Below, in pieces: positions 1-9,083 of a DNA stretch of 62,483 bases. Made by a program: the position numbers and the translations under genes. The notes under the pieces are model-generated. The model was not told the DNA's origin. It saw only the letters and a program-made list of their open reading frames with translations, and did no database searches. This DNA comes from an uncultured bacterium. Lineage in GTDB: Bacteria; Nitrospirota; Thermodesulfovibrionia; Thermodesulfovibrionales; CALJEL01. Location of the stretch: the NCBI GenBank assembly GCA_938074335.1, contig CALJEL010000044.1, positions 1 through 62,483 on the forward strand. Reading direction: 5' to 3'. Each line of letters opens with the position of its first letter. Position 1 is the stretch's first letter.

Positions 1-1
1 T

Positions 2-493
2 CTAAATACCTTTTTTGAATCGTTGAAACCTTATGTGAGTATTAAAAAAGCTACAGCCAGGTCTCTCGAGGCAAAAGGACAGTACCGAGAAGCCTTGAAT
101 GAATACGCAGAAGTTTTAAAGGTAGTTGATGACAGAGAGGCTAAAATAATAAGAAGTCAGATAGCAGTTCTTATAAAGAAAAATCCGTATCTATCGGAGA
201 TACCTGAAGAAGCAAGGAAGTATGCTTTAGGTGGAGAGGTCTTACTTAAGGAGGGTAAATTAAAAGAAGCTTTGCAAGAATACCTAAAGGCAGTAAAAAT
301 TGCTCCCCACATTGCAGTCCTTTACAAGACTATAGCTTTGATAAACGGTGAACTCAAGGATTATGCTAATGCTGTGCGCAATATGACTATTTATCTTGAG
401 CTTATGCCAGACGCCCCTGATGCACGTGCAGCACAGGACCAGATATACAAATGGGAGTTTATGCTGGAGAAAGAAAAAGGGGGAAAGCGATGA
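2..493 (+). CDS. TPR-repeat protein, probably 5'-partial
   Basis: The ORF track gives 23..493 with a TTG start, but the frame has no stop back to the window edge. Repeated A/Y/L helical pairs (GQYREALNEYAEVLK, GKLKEALQEYLKAVK, YANAVRNMTIYLE) look like TPR repeats. Confidence 0.7.
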   Translation, partial: LNTFFESLKPYVSIKKATARSLEAKGQYREALNEYAEVLKVVDDREAKIIRSQIAVLIKKNPYLSEIPEEARKYALGGEVLLKEGKLKEALQEYLKAVKIAPHIAVLYKTIALINGELKDYANAVRNMTIYLELMPDAPDARAAQDQIYKWEFMLEKEKGGKR

Positions 494-1509
494 GAAGGAT
501 ATATCAGATATCCATGATTTTATTAATGGCATGGCTTTTTACAGGCCTTGCTATTGCCTCTGATGAGCTTCAATACAGAAGTAACTTTTTGGTCTCTGTC
601 TACCTCAAAACTCAGATTCTTAGAGATCAGGCAATTGCAGAGATCAGAAAGATTGATACAGAAATCAAGAAAAATGAGGAGACCATACAGAAATCACTGC
701 AGATAATAAACCTTGCAAGTCAAAGAACAGATGCGAATGCAAAAAAGGCTGAAACAATTGCAAGAGAAGCCCTGATGAAGGCACAGGAGGCAAAAAGAAA
801 AAATGAAGAAACAAAAAAGGAATGGGAGTTAAAAAAGATAAAGGCTGATAGATCTTACGCAGTAATTCAAAGCATGCTTTCTCAAAATTATGGCTCCAAC
901 AGGCAGATTAAAGGTTTTATGACAAATTACACGGGAAATGTCTATATCATTAAAGCAAATGGCGATCAGGTATCTCCTGAGAATGGCTTTCTTGAGCCCG
1001 GGGATAAGGTCTGGACTGGTGATGGAATTGCTGATGTTCAGATGTTGGATGGCAGAGCCACTACCCAAATAGGACCCTATTCAGAGCTTTATCTAAAGAA
1101 AGATACAGCTTATGAACAAATTGCAGAGCTTGTTAAAGGTAAAATCTATATGGCAATAGAAAGTTTAGATGAATATGAAAAGAAAATGAAAGAAGTAGTT
1201 GAAAAATACAAAAAAGACATAAAAACAACAAAAGAATGGTTAGATGAGTATTTAAAAAGTCTATTAAATAAAAGATTTAAAGTAAATACTCCACATGCTG
1301 TAATTGGAGTAAGGGGGACAAAATTTGTTGTAGAAGTTAAGGATATACAATCCTCAGAATTAATTGTTTTAGAAGGTAGCGTAGAAGTGGGTAGTCTTAA
1401 TGGTGACAAAGTGGTAATAGTCGATGAAGGTTATAAAGTAATTGCAACAAAAAATGGCATAGGGGATATTGAAAAGATAACAGATATAGATAGGTGGTGG
1501 GGAAAATAA
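490..1509 (+). CDS. Exported FecR-domain protein with a coiled-coil N-terminal region
   Basis: The internal ATG at 490 gives MRRIYQISMILLMAWLFTGLAIA, which reads as a signal peptide or TM anchor, and avoids overlap with the upstream CDS. A K/E-rich coiled coil follows. The C-terminal beta-rich part (VNTPHAVIGVRGTKFVVEV) resembles a FecR domain. Confidence 0.7.
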   Translation: MRRIYQISMILLMAWLFTGLAIASDELQYRSNFLVSVYLKTQILRDQAIAEIRKIDTEIKKNEETIQKSLQIINLASQRTDANAKKAETIAREALMKAQEAKRKNEETKKEWELKKIKADRSYAVIQSMLSQNYGSNRQIKGFMTNYTGNVYIIKANGDQVSPENGFLEPGDKVWTGDGIADVQMLDGRATTQIGPYSELYLKKDTAYEQIAELVKGKIYMAIESLDEYEKKMKEVVEKYKKDIKTTKEWLDEYLKSLLNKRFKVNTPHAVIGVRGTKFVVEVKDIQSSELIVLEGSVEVGSLNGDKVVIVDEGYKVIATKNGIGDIEKITDIDRWWGK

Positions 1510-1692
1510 GTGGAAAATTAAATAGGATGAAAAAAAATAAAGACAGCGATGAATTGAATTGCAATGAAAAGGGTTTTATGGAGGAGGATATTATTTTTAG
1601 GCTGAATTAAAGAGAACCGTCCCCTTTAAGTCTAATATTGTGCAGATGGGCATTAATAGTGATATAATTCGGAAGAGTAGGAGGTGATTTTC

Positions 1693-1851
1693 ATGAAAGA
1701 GGAAAATCTTTTAAATCGTATAACAGTTAATCCAGAAGTAATGGTTGGTAAACCCACTATCAGAGGTTTGAGAATAACTGTCGAACAGATTTATGACTAC
1801 CAAATTGAAATTTCTGGTGGATGTCGGAGTCGGCAGGAAAGTCGAATGTAA
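1693..1851 (+). pseudogene. Truncated DUF433-type antitoxin remnant
   Basis: AGGAGG lies upstream of the ATG at 1693. The first ~33 aa (RITVNPEVMVGKPTIRGLRITVEQI) match the DUF433 core as I remember it. The reading frame then runs into unrelated sequence and stops after 52 codons. A second short frame starts at 1793 (MTTKLKFLVDVGVGRKVE..., stop at 1882) and looks like the N-terminus of the PIN-like DUF5615 partner, also truncated. Confidence 0.45.
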
Positions 1852-2156
1852 TTGTTGCGCTATTACAGATTGCATCTCTTGAGTATGAGTTTTTTGATGG
1901 CAGTGGTGATAAGATTGCTATTACCACTGGCAGTGAGCTTGAAAACCTTTTAAAGGCAAGGCATGGTGCTGGATGGTCAGCTACTGAAAATAATACTTTA
2001 AGGATTAACAAACCAAGATTCATTGGCTATAGGATGGCTCAATTAAATGAAGTTAGTTATGGAAATGTTAAATCATTAGGGCAAAAGGGTATGTATAAAA
2101 TTGAGCTTATAGACATTCCGGCAGAAGAATTGAGGAGATTATCAAGATGGATATGA
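1821..2156 (+). CDS. Hypothetical protein (111 aa), no recognisable domain
   Basis: ORF track only. It overlaps the TA remnant and ends in an ATGGATATGA overlap with the upstream-most start of the caspase ORF. Coding status is uncertain. Confidence 0.35.
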   Translation: MSESAGKSNVIVALLQIASLEYEFFDGSGDKIAITTGSELENLLKARHGAGWSATENNTLRINKPRFIGYRMAQLNEVSYGNVKSLGQKGMYKIELIDIPAEELRRLSRWI

Positions 2157-2233
2157 AAACCTTTTTTAAAAAGGCATACAAACTACATTACCCATGTTTC
2201 AATGATATGAAAGTAAACATTGGAGGGTTTCTA

Positions 2234-4651
2234 ATGGTTTACAAACTATTGCTAACTTTCCTTATATTTAGCACATTAGCTTTATTTACTTCAAGTTATG
2301 CGAAAAATTTGGATAATCCAAGACTTATTGTTGAGTCTAGCCACTTCGATTCTATTTTAGCTATTGCCTCAGATGGTAAAACAATTGGTTCGGTATCTGA
2401 AGAATGGGATAGTATCCACATAAGATTATGGGATATAGAATCTGGAAGATTAAAGGAACATATTATTTTAAACGAAAGTAAGGGTGTCTTGGACTTCTTA
2501 CGTATCTTTTTTGTTGAAAAAAGTAATAGTAAAATGATTTTATTAGTGTTAGATAAAAAGGGGGAATTTTTAAAATTTACTGAAATATCTGCTGAAAATG
2601 GTTCTATTTTAGGAAGTTTCACAGTCCCATACGATGCCTTCCTTAAAGATTATGAAAAAATCTTGAGAATGAACACACAGAGCAGTGATTACTATATCAG
2701 AGAAAGATTAGATTATATAAAAAATTCTGGAATTATTTGGGCTACAGACTTTGAAAAGTACCTAATTCTGATGGGTTACAAACCAAACATTAACTACAAG
2801 TTACGAGGAGAATTTAAAAATGATCGGCTTGAAATATCTTTTAAAGAAAACAAAGATTCTTACGATATTACAGTTAATGCATATTACAAGAAGACAGTTA
2901 TTAATTCTGTAGCGAAATACCCCCTACCATTTTTGACAAATGATGAAAAATATTTAATTGGAGTTCTAAGAGAGAATGAAAATGACAATTTATCACAAGA
3001 TAAAATTTTTATTTATGATATTTTCACAGGCCGAGTTACTGTCTTTGGCAATACAAAACCCATATTCCAAGAATGGGTTGCTAAAAATAGCTTTGATAGG
3101 TATTTTGCTACCTTTGATTATAGAACAAAAAATAAGTTTATTTTATGGGATTTAAAAGAGGCATCTCTTGTAAAACGTAACATTGATCTTAAAGAACTGA
3201 GCACTAAGTATATCCAGAACTTAGAAAAGGATAAAGATGGAAATTTTATAGTAACACAAGAACCTACGAAATCTATTAATAATAAATTTGAAATAAGAAT
3301 GGAGCCTGGAACTGCAATTTTATATGATCTTTCTGAAAAAAAGGAGTTAGCCCGTTTCTATGCCTTCACCGACGGAGAATGGATAGTAATAACTCCTGAA
3401 GGTTACTTCAATGCCTCACCCAGCGGGGATAAGTATTTCAATGTGCGTATTGGTAACAAAGTCTATGGCATAGAGAACTATCGGGAGCAGTTCTTCAGGC
3501 CAGACCTTGTAAGGCTTGCCCTTGCTGGTCAGTCTCTTATGGACTACAAGACCATTGCAAATGTACCTATGCCACCACAGGTTGAGATTGTGGATACACC
3601 CTCTGAGGTTAAAGCAGATGAGGTAAAGGTGACATTAAGGCTTACTGACATGGGTGGTGGTATTGGAGATGTGAGGCTCTATCTTAATGAGACATCCATA
3701 CTCCTTGACAGTGCAAGGGGAGTAAAGATAACACCCAAGCCCGGAGAAAAGACCATCTATAAGACCTATACAGTAAGGCTTCTTGAGGGAGAAAATATCA
3801 TAAAGGCAGTTGCCTTTAATGCCGAAGGCTCAATGGCAAGCAATCCTGCTACCCATAAGATAATCTCTCTTGCAAAGGCATTTAAGAAACCCTCCATGTA
3901 TGCTGTTGTAATAGGCATAAACGAATACAAAAACCCGAAGCTTGAGCTTAAATATGCAGTGGCAGATGCAAAACTCTTTGCAGAAACCCTTAAGGCCGTT
4001 GCAAGCCCTCTTTTTGAAAAGGTAAACATAACCCTTCTTACCAAAAAAGAAGAGACCACAAAGGAGAGTATCAAAAAGACTCTTGAGGGGATGAAGGGAT
4101 TGAGACCTGATGATGTCTTTGTCTTTTATGTGGCAAGCCATGGCACAGTGGATGAGGGAGAGTATTTCCTTATCACCTCAAATGTTGGCTCTGTAAGCAC
4201 CTTCAGGCTTAAGGAAGATGCCCTCACACAGGCAGAGCTAAAGGAGCTTATAGCCAATGTGCCAACAACAAAGAAGCTCATAATTATAGATACCTGTAAC
4301 GCAGGTAAGCTTGGAGAGACCTTGCAGATGGCAATGCTTACAAGGGGTATGAGTGAGGAGACAGCCATGAAGATACTCTCCAGTGCAGTGGGCTCAACCA
4401 TAATAAGTGCCTCTACGGGACTACAGGAGGCAGTGGAAGGTTACAAGGGGCATGGGCTTTTTACCTATGTGCTCACAGAAGGGCTTAAAGGCAAGGCAGA
4501 CATAGACCGAGACGGCTTTATAAAAACCCTTGAGCTTGCAAACTATGTGGATAGTGAGGTTCCTCTTCTTGCAGAGAAGGTCTTCAAGCGTGCCCAGTAT
4601 CCCACAGCCCAGCCCACAGGCCAGGCATTTCCAGTAGGTAAGGTAAGATAA
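2234..4651 (+). CDS. Exported caspase-family (peptidase C14) protein with an N-terminal beta-propeller/WD40-like region
   Basis: GGAGGG at 2222-2227 sits 6 nt before the ATG at 2234, giving MVYKLLLTFLIFSTLALFTSSYA (signal peptide). The ORF track start at 2147 is probably too long. Catalytic dyad context: FVFYVASHGTVDEGEYFLI (His) and LIIIDTCNAGK (Cys). The motif EWIVITPEGYFNASPSGDKYF is typical of WD40-caspase proteins. Confidence 0.85.
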   Translation: MVYKLLLTFLIFSTLALFTSSYAKNLDNPRLIVESSHFDSILAIASDGKTIGSVSEEWDSIHIRLWDIESGRLKEHIILNESKGVLDFLRIFFVEKSNSKMILLVLDKKGEFLKFTEISAENGSILGSFTVPYDAFLKDYEKILRMNTQSSDYYIRERLDYIKNSGIIWATDFEKYLILMGYKPNINYKLRGEFKNDRLEISFKENKDSYDITVNAYYKKTVINSVAKYPLPFLTNDEKYLIGVLRENENDNLSQDKIFIYDIFTGRVTVFGNTKPIFQEWVAKNSFDRYFATFDYRTKNKFILWDLKEASLVKRNIDLKELSTKYIQNLEKDKDGNFIVTQEPTKSINNKFEIRMEPGTAILYDLSEKKELARFYAFTDGEWIVITPEGYFNASPSGDKYFNVRIGNKVYGIENYREQFFRPDLVRLALAGQSLMDYKTIANVPMPPQVEIVDTPSEVKADEVKVTLRLTDMGGGIGDVRLYLNETSILLDSARGVKITPKPGEKTIYKTYTVRLLEGENIIKAVAFNAEGSMASNPATHKIISLAKAFKKPSMYAVVIGINEYKNPKLELKYAVADAKLFAETLKAVASPLFEKVNITLLTKKEETTKESIKKTLEGMKGLRPDDVFVFYVASHGTVDEGEYFLITSNVGSVSTFRLKEDALTQAELKELIANVPTTKKLIIIDTCNAGKLGETLQMAMLTRGMSEETAMKILSSAVGSTIISASTGLQEAVEGYKGHGLFTYVLTEGLKGKADIDRDGFIKTLELANYVDSEVPLLAEKVFKRAQYPTAQPTGQAFPVGKVR

Positions 4652-4672
4652 GATGCCAAAAAGGAGGGCAAG

Positions 4673-5515
4673 ATGCTTAAGATATTTGTCTCGGTGATCC
4701 TCAGTTTATTCTTTATAACCAATCTTTATGCAGGCGAGTCTCTAATCACTGAATCAGAGGGCTATGCCTGTATGGGTGAGGATAGGACAAAGCGTCAGAC
4801 AGAGGAGACAGCACTTCAGGATGCAAAGAGAAAGGCAATTGAACAGGTATCCACATACATTCAATCAGAAACACAGGTCAAGGACCTTGAGCTTCAGAAG
4901 GACATTGTCAATGCCTATGCTAATGCAAAGGTGAGGGTCCTTGAACAGAGGGGCATCTGGGACAGTGAGCCTCCAAAGATAGGAGACTGCTACAGGATTA
5001 AGATAAAGGCAGAGGTCATACCTGATGAATCTGCCATGAAGAGGCTCTCTGAAGCAAGGGAGCTTGATGACCCATCTCTACCGCTTAAGGTCCAGGTCTG
5101 GACAGATAAGAAGGAATACCGGTCAGGTGAAAAGATAAAGGTATATCTCAAGGGAAACAAGCCCTTTTATGCAAGGGTCCTTTACAAACAGGCAGATGGA
5201 GGCCTTATACAGATACTTCCAAATCCTTACAGAAAGGAGAACTATTTTCAGGGTGGTGTTATCTATGAGATTCCCTCAGGACCAGACAGGTTTGAGCTTG
5301 AGGTAACACCACCTTTTGGTGAGGAGACGATTATTGTATATGCAAGCACAGGAGAGCCTGACAGTATTGAGCTTGAGCCGGCTGGAGGTGTTTACAGGGT
5401 TAAGACAGGCCTTGAGGATTACAGTGAGAAATCAAGGGGTATAAAGATTACAGGAAAAGGTCAGGCAAAGGCATCTGAGTTTTATGAGGCAGGGCTGAGC
5501 ATCAAGACAAGGTAG
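4673..5515 (+). CDS. Exported LPP20-like / DUF4384-domain protein
   Basis: Signal peptide MLKIFVSVILSLFFITNLYAG. The N-terminal part (EGYACMGEDRTKRQTEETALQDAKRKAIEQVSTYI) is LPP20-like. The C-terminal part (VQVWTDKKEYRSGEKIKVYLKGNKPFYARVLYKQADGGLIQILPN) is DUF4384-like, a domain commonly found beside bacterial caspases. Confidence 0.75.
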   Translation: MLKIFVSVILSLFFITNLYAGESLITESEGYACMGEDRTKRQTEETALQDAKRKAIEQVSTYIQSETQVKDLELQKDIVNAYANAKVRVLEQRGIWDSEPPKIGDCYRIKIKAEVIPDESAMKRLSEARELDDPSLPLKVQVWTDKKEYRSGEKIKVYLKGNKPFYARVLYKQADGGLIQILPNPYRKENYFQGGVIYEIPSGPDRFELEVTPPFGEETIIVYASTGEPDSIELEPAGGVYRVKTGLEDYSEKSRGIKITGKGQAKASEFYEAGLSIKTR

Positions 5516-5723
5516 AAAGAATCTCCTTTGCCACTTCTAACTGGTCTTTTCTTACGAGTAGCCTTAGAGGCTCTATTACAGGCTCCATTAAGGAGGAATA
5601 TTCTCCCTTAAGATAATACACTATCCCTTCTTCCTCAAGAAGGGATTTTATTATAATTACCTTCACTGGATCAAAAATAGAAAGGAGCTCTACAAACTCT
5701 GTATTTCTTGAAATCATTTTCAT
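5502..5723 (-). CDS. DUF2007-like small protein (putative signal-transducing protein)
   Basis: 73 aa. The motif VELLSIFDPVKVIIIKSLLEEEGIVYYLKGE resembles DUF2007. It converges on and overlaps the 3' end of the previous CDS. Confidence 0.55.
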   Translation of the reverse strand: MKMISRNTEFVELLSIFDPVKVIIIKSLLEEEGIVYYLKGEYSSLMEPVIEPLRLLVRKDQLEVAKEILSTLS

Positions 5724-5750
5724 GATATATTATATCATACCCAGAAAAAT

Positions 5751-5988
5751 GCCAATAGAAAACTGGCAGTGTGCCACAAAGTCTTCTTAGAGCAGCAGGC
5801 AATAACGAACAACAGAGCAGCAGTTAATAACAGAGCAGTAGAGCAGCAGAGCAACAGCGCAGCAGCTTAAACAGTTTGAACAGATTGAACTGTTTGAACT
5901 GTTTGAAGAAATGTCTGCTCTACTGGTCTGCTGCTCTATCAATAAGGACTGCTGCTCTACTGAGGGTTATTAGAAATTTCTATTGACA
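5751..5988. repeat. Composite hairpin repeat element, copy R1
   Basis: The left end GCCAATAGAAAACTGGCAGTGTGCCACAAAGTCTTCTTAGA is shared with the other copies. The core is built from GCAGCAGAGC/GCTCTACTGC words plus an AACAGTTTGAAC/GTTTGAACTGTT palindrome. The right end is AGAAATTTCTATTGAC. Confidence 0.8.
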
Positions 5989-6005
5989 TCTTTTGACATA
6001 CTATA

Positions 6006-7115
6006 ATGCTTAAAAAATTAATCATTGAAAAAATAGCAAGAGAGGGGCCCATCACCTTTGAGACCTTCATGGAGACATGCCTCTATGCTCCTGAATATGG
6101 ATATTATATGAGAGATATTACAGAGATAGGCAGGAAGGGAGATTTTTATACAGCACCCCATCTGCATAGTGCCTTTGGAGCTGCCATAGTAAAACAAATA
6201 GAGGAATGCTGGGTTTTTATGGAAAGACCCGATGAATTTATCATACTTGAGATGGGTGCTGGTATGGGCTATCTTGCAAGGGATATGCTTGATTATATAG
6301 AGAAAAAGGACTTCTATTCTGCAATTAAATACCAAATTATTGAATTAAATCCTTCACTCATTAATAAACAGAAAGAGATACTCAAAGGACATTCAGGCAA
6401 GATCAAATGGTTTAATTCCTTAAATGAGATAGCTCCTTTCAGGGGAGCTGTGGTATCAAATGAATTACTGGATTCCTTTCCTGTGCATATAATTGAATTC
6501 AACAGAGACTGTGTTGAGGAGATATATGTATCCAGTGATGGAAAGGGATTCCTTGAGATAAAAGGACCTTTAAGCAATGGTTTAGAGGAATATATAAGGG
6601 AGTTCTCCGTTGATCTTGCAGAAGGCTCAAGGACAGAAATAAACCTCAGGATAAAAGACTGGTTGAGGGCAATATCAGAGGTCTTAATTGAGGGTTTTGT
6701 CATAACCATTGATTATGGCTATCCTGCCTCACAGTATTACAGTGAGGATTATCCCCGAGGCACGCTTCAGTGTTATTACAGACATCAGAAATCAGACAAT
6801 CCCTATGTCAATATTGGTGAGCAGGATATTACATGCCATGTGAATTTCAGCGCTCTTAAGAAATGGGGTGAGGAGCTTGGTTTTAAAAATACTGGTTATA
6901 CGGCTCAGGGCAGTTTTATTGTATCCATGGGTATAGATGAGATAATTAATGAATTGATAAAACCAGAAGATTATACCTTTGAGGTTGCAAAGATCAAATC
7001 CCTTATACTTCCAGAGGGAATGGGAGAATCCCATAAGGTGATGATCCAGTACAAAGGAAAAGGCAATCCTCAGCTGAGGGGATTTAAGCTAAGGAACGAA
7101 CTCTGGAAGCTCTGA
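6006..7115 (+). CDS. Class I SAM-dependent methyltransferase, MidA/NDUFAF7 (DUF185) family
   Basis: GPITFETFMETCLYAPEYGYY...GRKGDFYTAPHLHSAFG followed by ILEMGAGMGYLARD (SAM-binding loop) is the MidA signature as I recall it. Confidence 0.8.
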   Translation: MLKKLIIEKIAREGPITFETFMETCLYAPEYGYYMRDITEIGRKGDFYTAPHLHSAFGAAIVKQIEECWVFMERPDEFIILEMGAGMGYLARDMLDYIEKKDFYSAIKYQIIELNPSLINKQKEILKGHSGKIKWFNSLNEIAPFRGAVVSNELLDSFPVHIIEFNRDCVEEIYVSSDGKGFLEIKGPLSNGLEEYIREFSVDLAEGSRTEINLRIKDWLRAISEVLIEGFVITIDYGYPASQYYSEDYPRGTLQCYYRHQKSDNPYVNIGEQDITCHVNFSALKKWGEELGFKNTGYTAQGSFIVSMGIDEIINELIKPEDYTFEVAKIKSLILPEGMGESHKVMIQYKGKGNPQLRGFKLRNELWKL

Positions 7116-7869
7116 ATTCCTCAAGCCATTTCAGGCTTTTCAAGAAATGCTCAGGGGTATGGGCCTCTATGGTATATATACAGGGCCTGTCTCCAAGGGT
7201 CTCAAGAAGTTCTATCATATTGAAGGTCCCTTCATCCAGAGGATAATGCTGGTCAGAGGTTCTGTCGTTGTTATGAAGATGCAGCTCTTTTATATAAGGG
7301 AGTGTCTGAGAAAGCCATTCCTTAAGGGATACCTTTGAGAAGAGATTAAAATGTCCTGTATCAAAGCAGAGGCCAATATTCGGGTCATCTATTTCTTCCA
7401 TGAGGAGCCTTAGATTTGCTGGTTCATCCTCAAAGATATTCTCTATTAAAATAAGGAACCTTCCAGATACCTGGCTGAGTATCTCCTTCCATGTCTTTAT
7501 ACTTCCTTCAAGCCAGGGCTCTATCTTCAAACTGTATTTCCATTTTTCATATCCTGAATGAAATACCACAGCCTTTGCACCAGTAGCAGCTGCTATTTCA
7601 GTTATAGTTGAGAATCTCTGAAGTGTAGCCTTCCTCACAAGGGAGTCAACAGCACCAGGGGAAAGGTCCATAAAGGGTGCATGAAGAGTGAGTTCAGGCT
7701 CATAATTAAGTTTTTCTTTTAATGAGGCCAGCTCGCTCAGCTCCACAGTGTCAAGTACAGGGGAGCTGATATAGACCTCTAAATTGATCTTATATTTGTT
7801 GAGCAGGTCCCTGTGTTTGGCAATCTTTTCATAAGGGATATGGGCATGAGGTCTCATAAAGGACCTCAT
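7084..7869 (-). CDS. Xylose-isomerase-like TIM-barrel protein (sugar phosphate isomerase/epimerase family)
   Basis: 261 aa. The motifs [22 protein letters not shown] and ELHLHNN are spaced as in the AP-endonuclease-2/TIM-barrel family. A 4-nt overlap links it to the upstream zinc-ribbon gene. Confidence 0.7.
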   Translation of the reverse strand: MRSFMRPHAHIPYEKIAKHRDLLNKYKINLEVYISSPVLDTVELSELASLKEKLNYEPELTLHAPFMDLSPGAVDSLVRKATLQRFSTITEIAAATGAKAVVFHSGYEKWKYSLKIEPWLEGSIKTWKEILSQVSGRFLILIENIFEDEPANLRLLMEEIDDPNIGLCFDTGHFNLFSKVSLKEWLSQTLPYIKELHLHNNDRTSDQHYPLDEGTFNMIELLETLGDRPCIYTIEAHTPEHFLKSLKWLEEFRASRVRSLA

Positions 7870-8123
7870 GCCTTGTCTGTGGTTGATGGAGATTTTTTCT
7901 CTTCTGACTTACCTGAAGAACCATTACCACCATTATCCGAGCCCTTTCTTGCATAGTCCGTCAGGTACCAGCCTGAGCCTCTAAGGATAAATGAGGAGTT
8001 TGAGATAAGTCTTTTCATTGTTCCACCGCAGGCAGGACATTCTTTTACAGGTTCATCACTGAATCTCTGAAAATATTCTCTCCTCTCATTACAGGATGTG
8101 CATTCATATTCATAAATGGGCAT
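7866..8123 (-). CDS. FmdB-family zinc-ribbon protein (CxxC_CxxC_SSSS)
   Basis: [34 protein letters not shown] is the canonical FmdB zinc-ribbon N-terminus. Confidence 0.85.
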   Translation of the reverse strand: MPIYEYECTSCNERREYFQRFSDEPVKECPACGGTMKRLISNSSFILRGSGWYLTDYARKGSDNGGNGSSGKSEEKKSPSTTDKA

Positions 8124-8228
8124 CTTAAAATCACCTCCAGTTTATATAAGCCTATAAATTCTAATAGATCTAAGCCTACCTTAGGCCTGAGAACTGTCGT
8201 GCAGTAGCACTTTTCGCTAAGCTGTTAA

Positions 8229-9041
8229 CTAAAACTCATAAGAGAAATAGACCTTTATATTCTTCTCACGGGCATATCTTAGAACCTGTGGTGAGGTATG
8301 ATAGGTCACGAGAATCCTTACCTGTTCTTTTGGTATATATTTACTCACTGCCTCTGCCTTCTTAATAAATTCATTAATGTTACTTTTCTTAAGCTGACTC
8401 TTAGCCTCACCGATGATAACATACTCCTTGCCATTTGATCTCCCTTCGCCCCAGATATTAACCTCTATATATCTCTCCTTACCTATTTCCAGGAAGTCCC
8501 TCTTGAGTCTTCCTATCACCTCTATGCCCATTTCTTTTTTGAGAAGGGCAGGTAGTGCTTTGTAAGACTCGTCTTCAAGCCTATAACCAACTGTATGAGC
8601 AAGTCCTCCTACTTCTTCCCTCAGTTCTTTATGGCTCTTCACAAGCCACTGAAGTTCTTCTTCTGTCCTCTTCTGTGCCTCAGCAAGTTCCTCTACCCTC
8701 TGCTCAGTCCTTCTCTGTGCTTCAGCAAGCTCCTGCAAAGCCCTGTCAAGCCTTGAGACCTCCTTCTGCGTCTCCCTCTGTGCCTCAGCAAGTTCCTCTA
8801 CCCTCTGCTCTGTCCTCTTCTGTGCCTCAGCAAGCTCTCCAACTACCCTTTCAAGTCCTGCAATCCTTTCTTCAGACTTCTTCTGTGCTTCTATAAGCTC
8901 GCGAACAATAGCCTTCAGCTCTTCAAAGTCAGATCTCTTAACAGTCTCGGCTATCTCTTCCCGAAAAAGCTCAAAGGCCTTCATAAGAGGAAGCTTGAGC
9001 TCCATTGGAAGTTGCTCTATGGCCTCAAGATAACGGATCAT
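8229..9041 (-). CDS. Coiled-coil repeat protein with a C-terminal restriction-endonuclease-like domain (DUF3782-like)
   Basis: Internal repeats ELAEAQ(K/R)RTEQRVEELAEAQ are mirrored by DNA direct repeats near 8674-8716 and 8778-8822. The C-terminal ~110 aa have alternating beta/alpha character with E...IIGEAK, which is PD-(D/E)XK-like. Confidence 0.7.
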   Translation of the reverse strand: MIRYLEAIEQLPMELKLPLMKAFELFREEIAETVKRSDFEELKAIVRELIEAQKKSEERIAGLERVVGELAEAQKRTEQRVEELAEAQRETQKEVSRLDRALQELAEAQRRTEQRVEELAEAQKRTEEELQWLVKSHKELREEVGGLAHTVGYRLEDESYKALPALLKKEMGIEVIGRLKRDFLEIGKERYIEVNIWGEGRSNGKEYVIIGEAKSQLKKSNINEFIKKAEAVSKYIPKEQVRILVTYHTSPQVLRYAREKNIKVYFSYEF

Positions 9042-9083
9042 ATTTAAAAATATTAACAGAATGGCTTCAAGATATGCAACTTT

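Noticed and set aside
5983-6007. TTGACA and TATAAT hexamers just upstream of and overlapping the MidA-like start codon, considered as a promoter
   Set aside because: The spacing is wrong: 13 nt from the first TTGACA and 3 nt from the second. The TATAAT overlaps the ATG itself, so it cannot drive a transcript that includes the start codon.
8555-8896. 113-aa plus-strand ORF rich in S/P/Q/L repeats
   Set aside because: It is antisense to the coiled-coil gene. Its open frame is a by-product of the GAG/CAG-rich repeat codons on the other strand.
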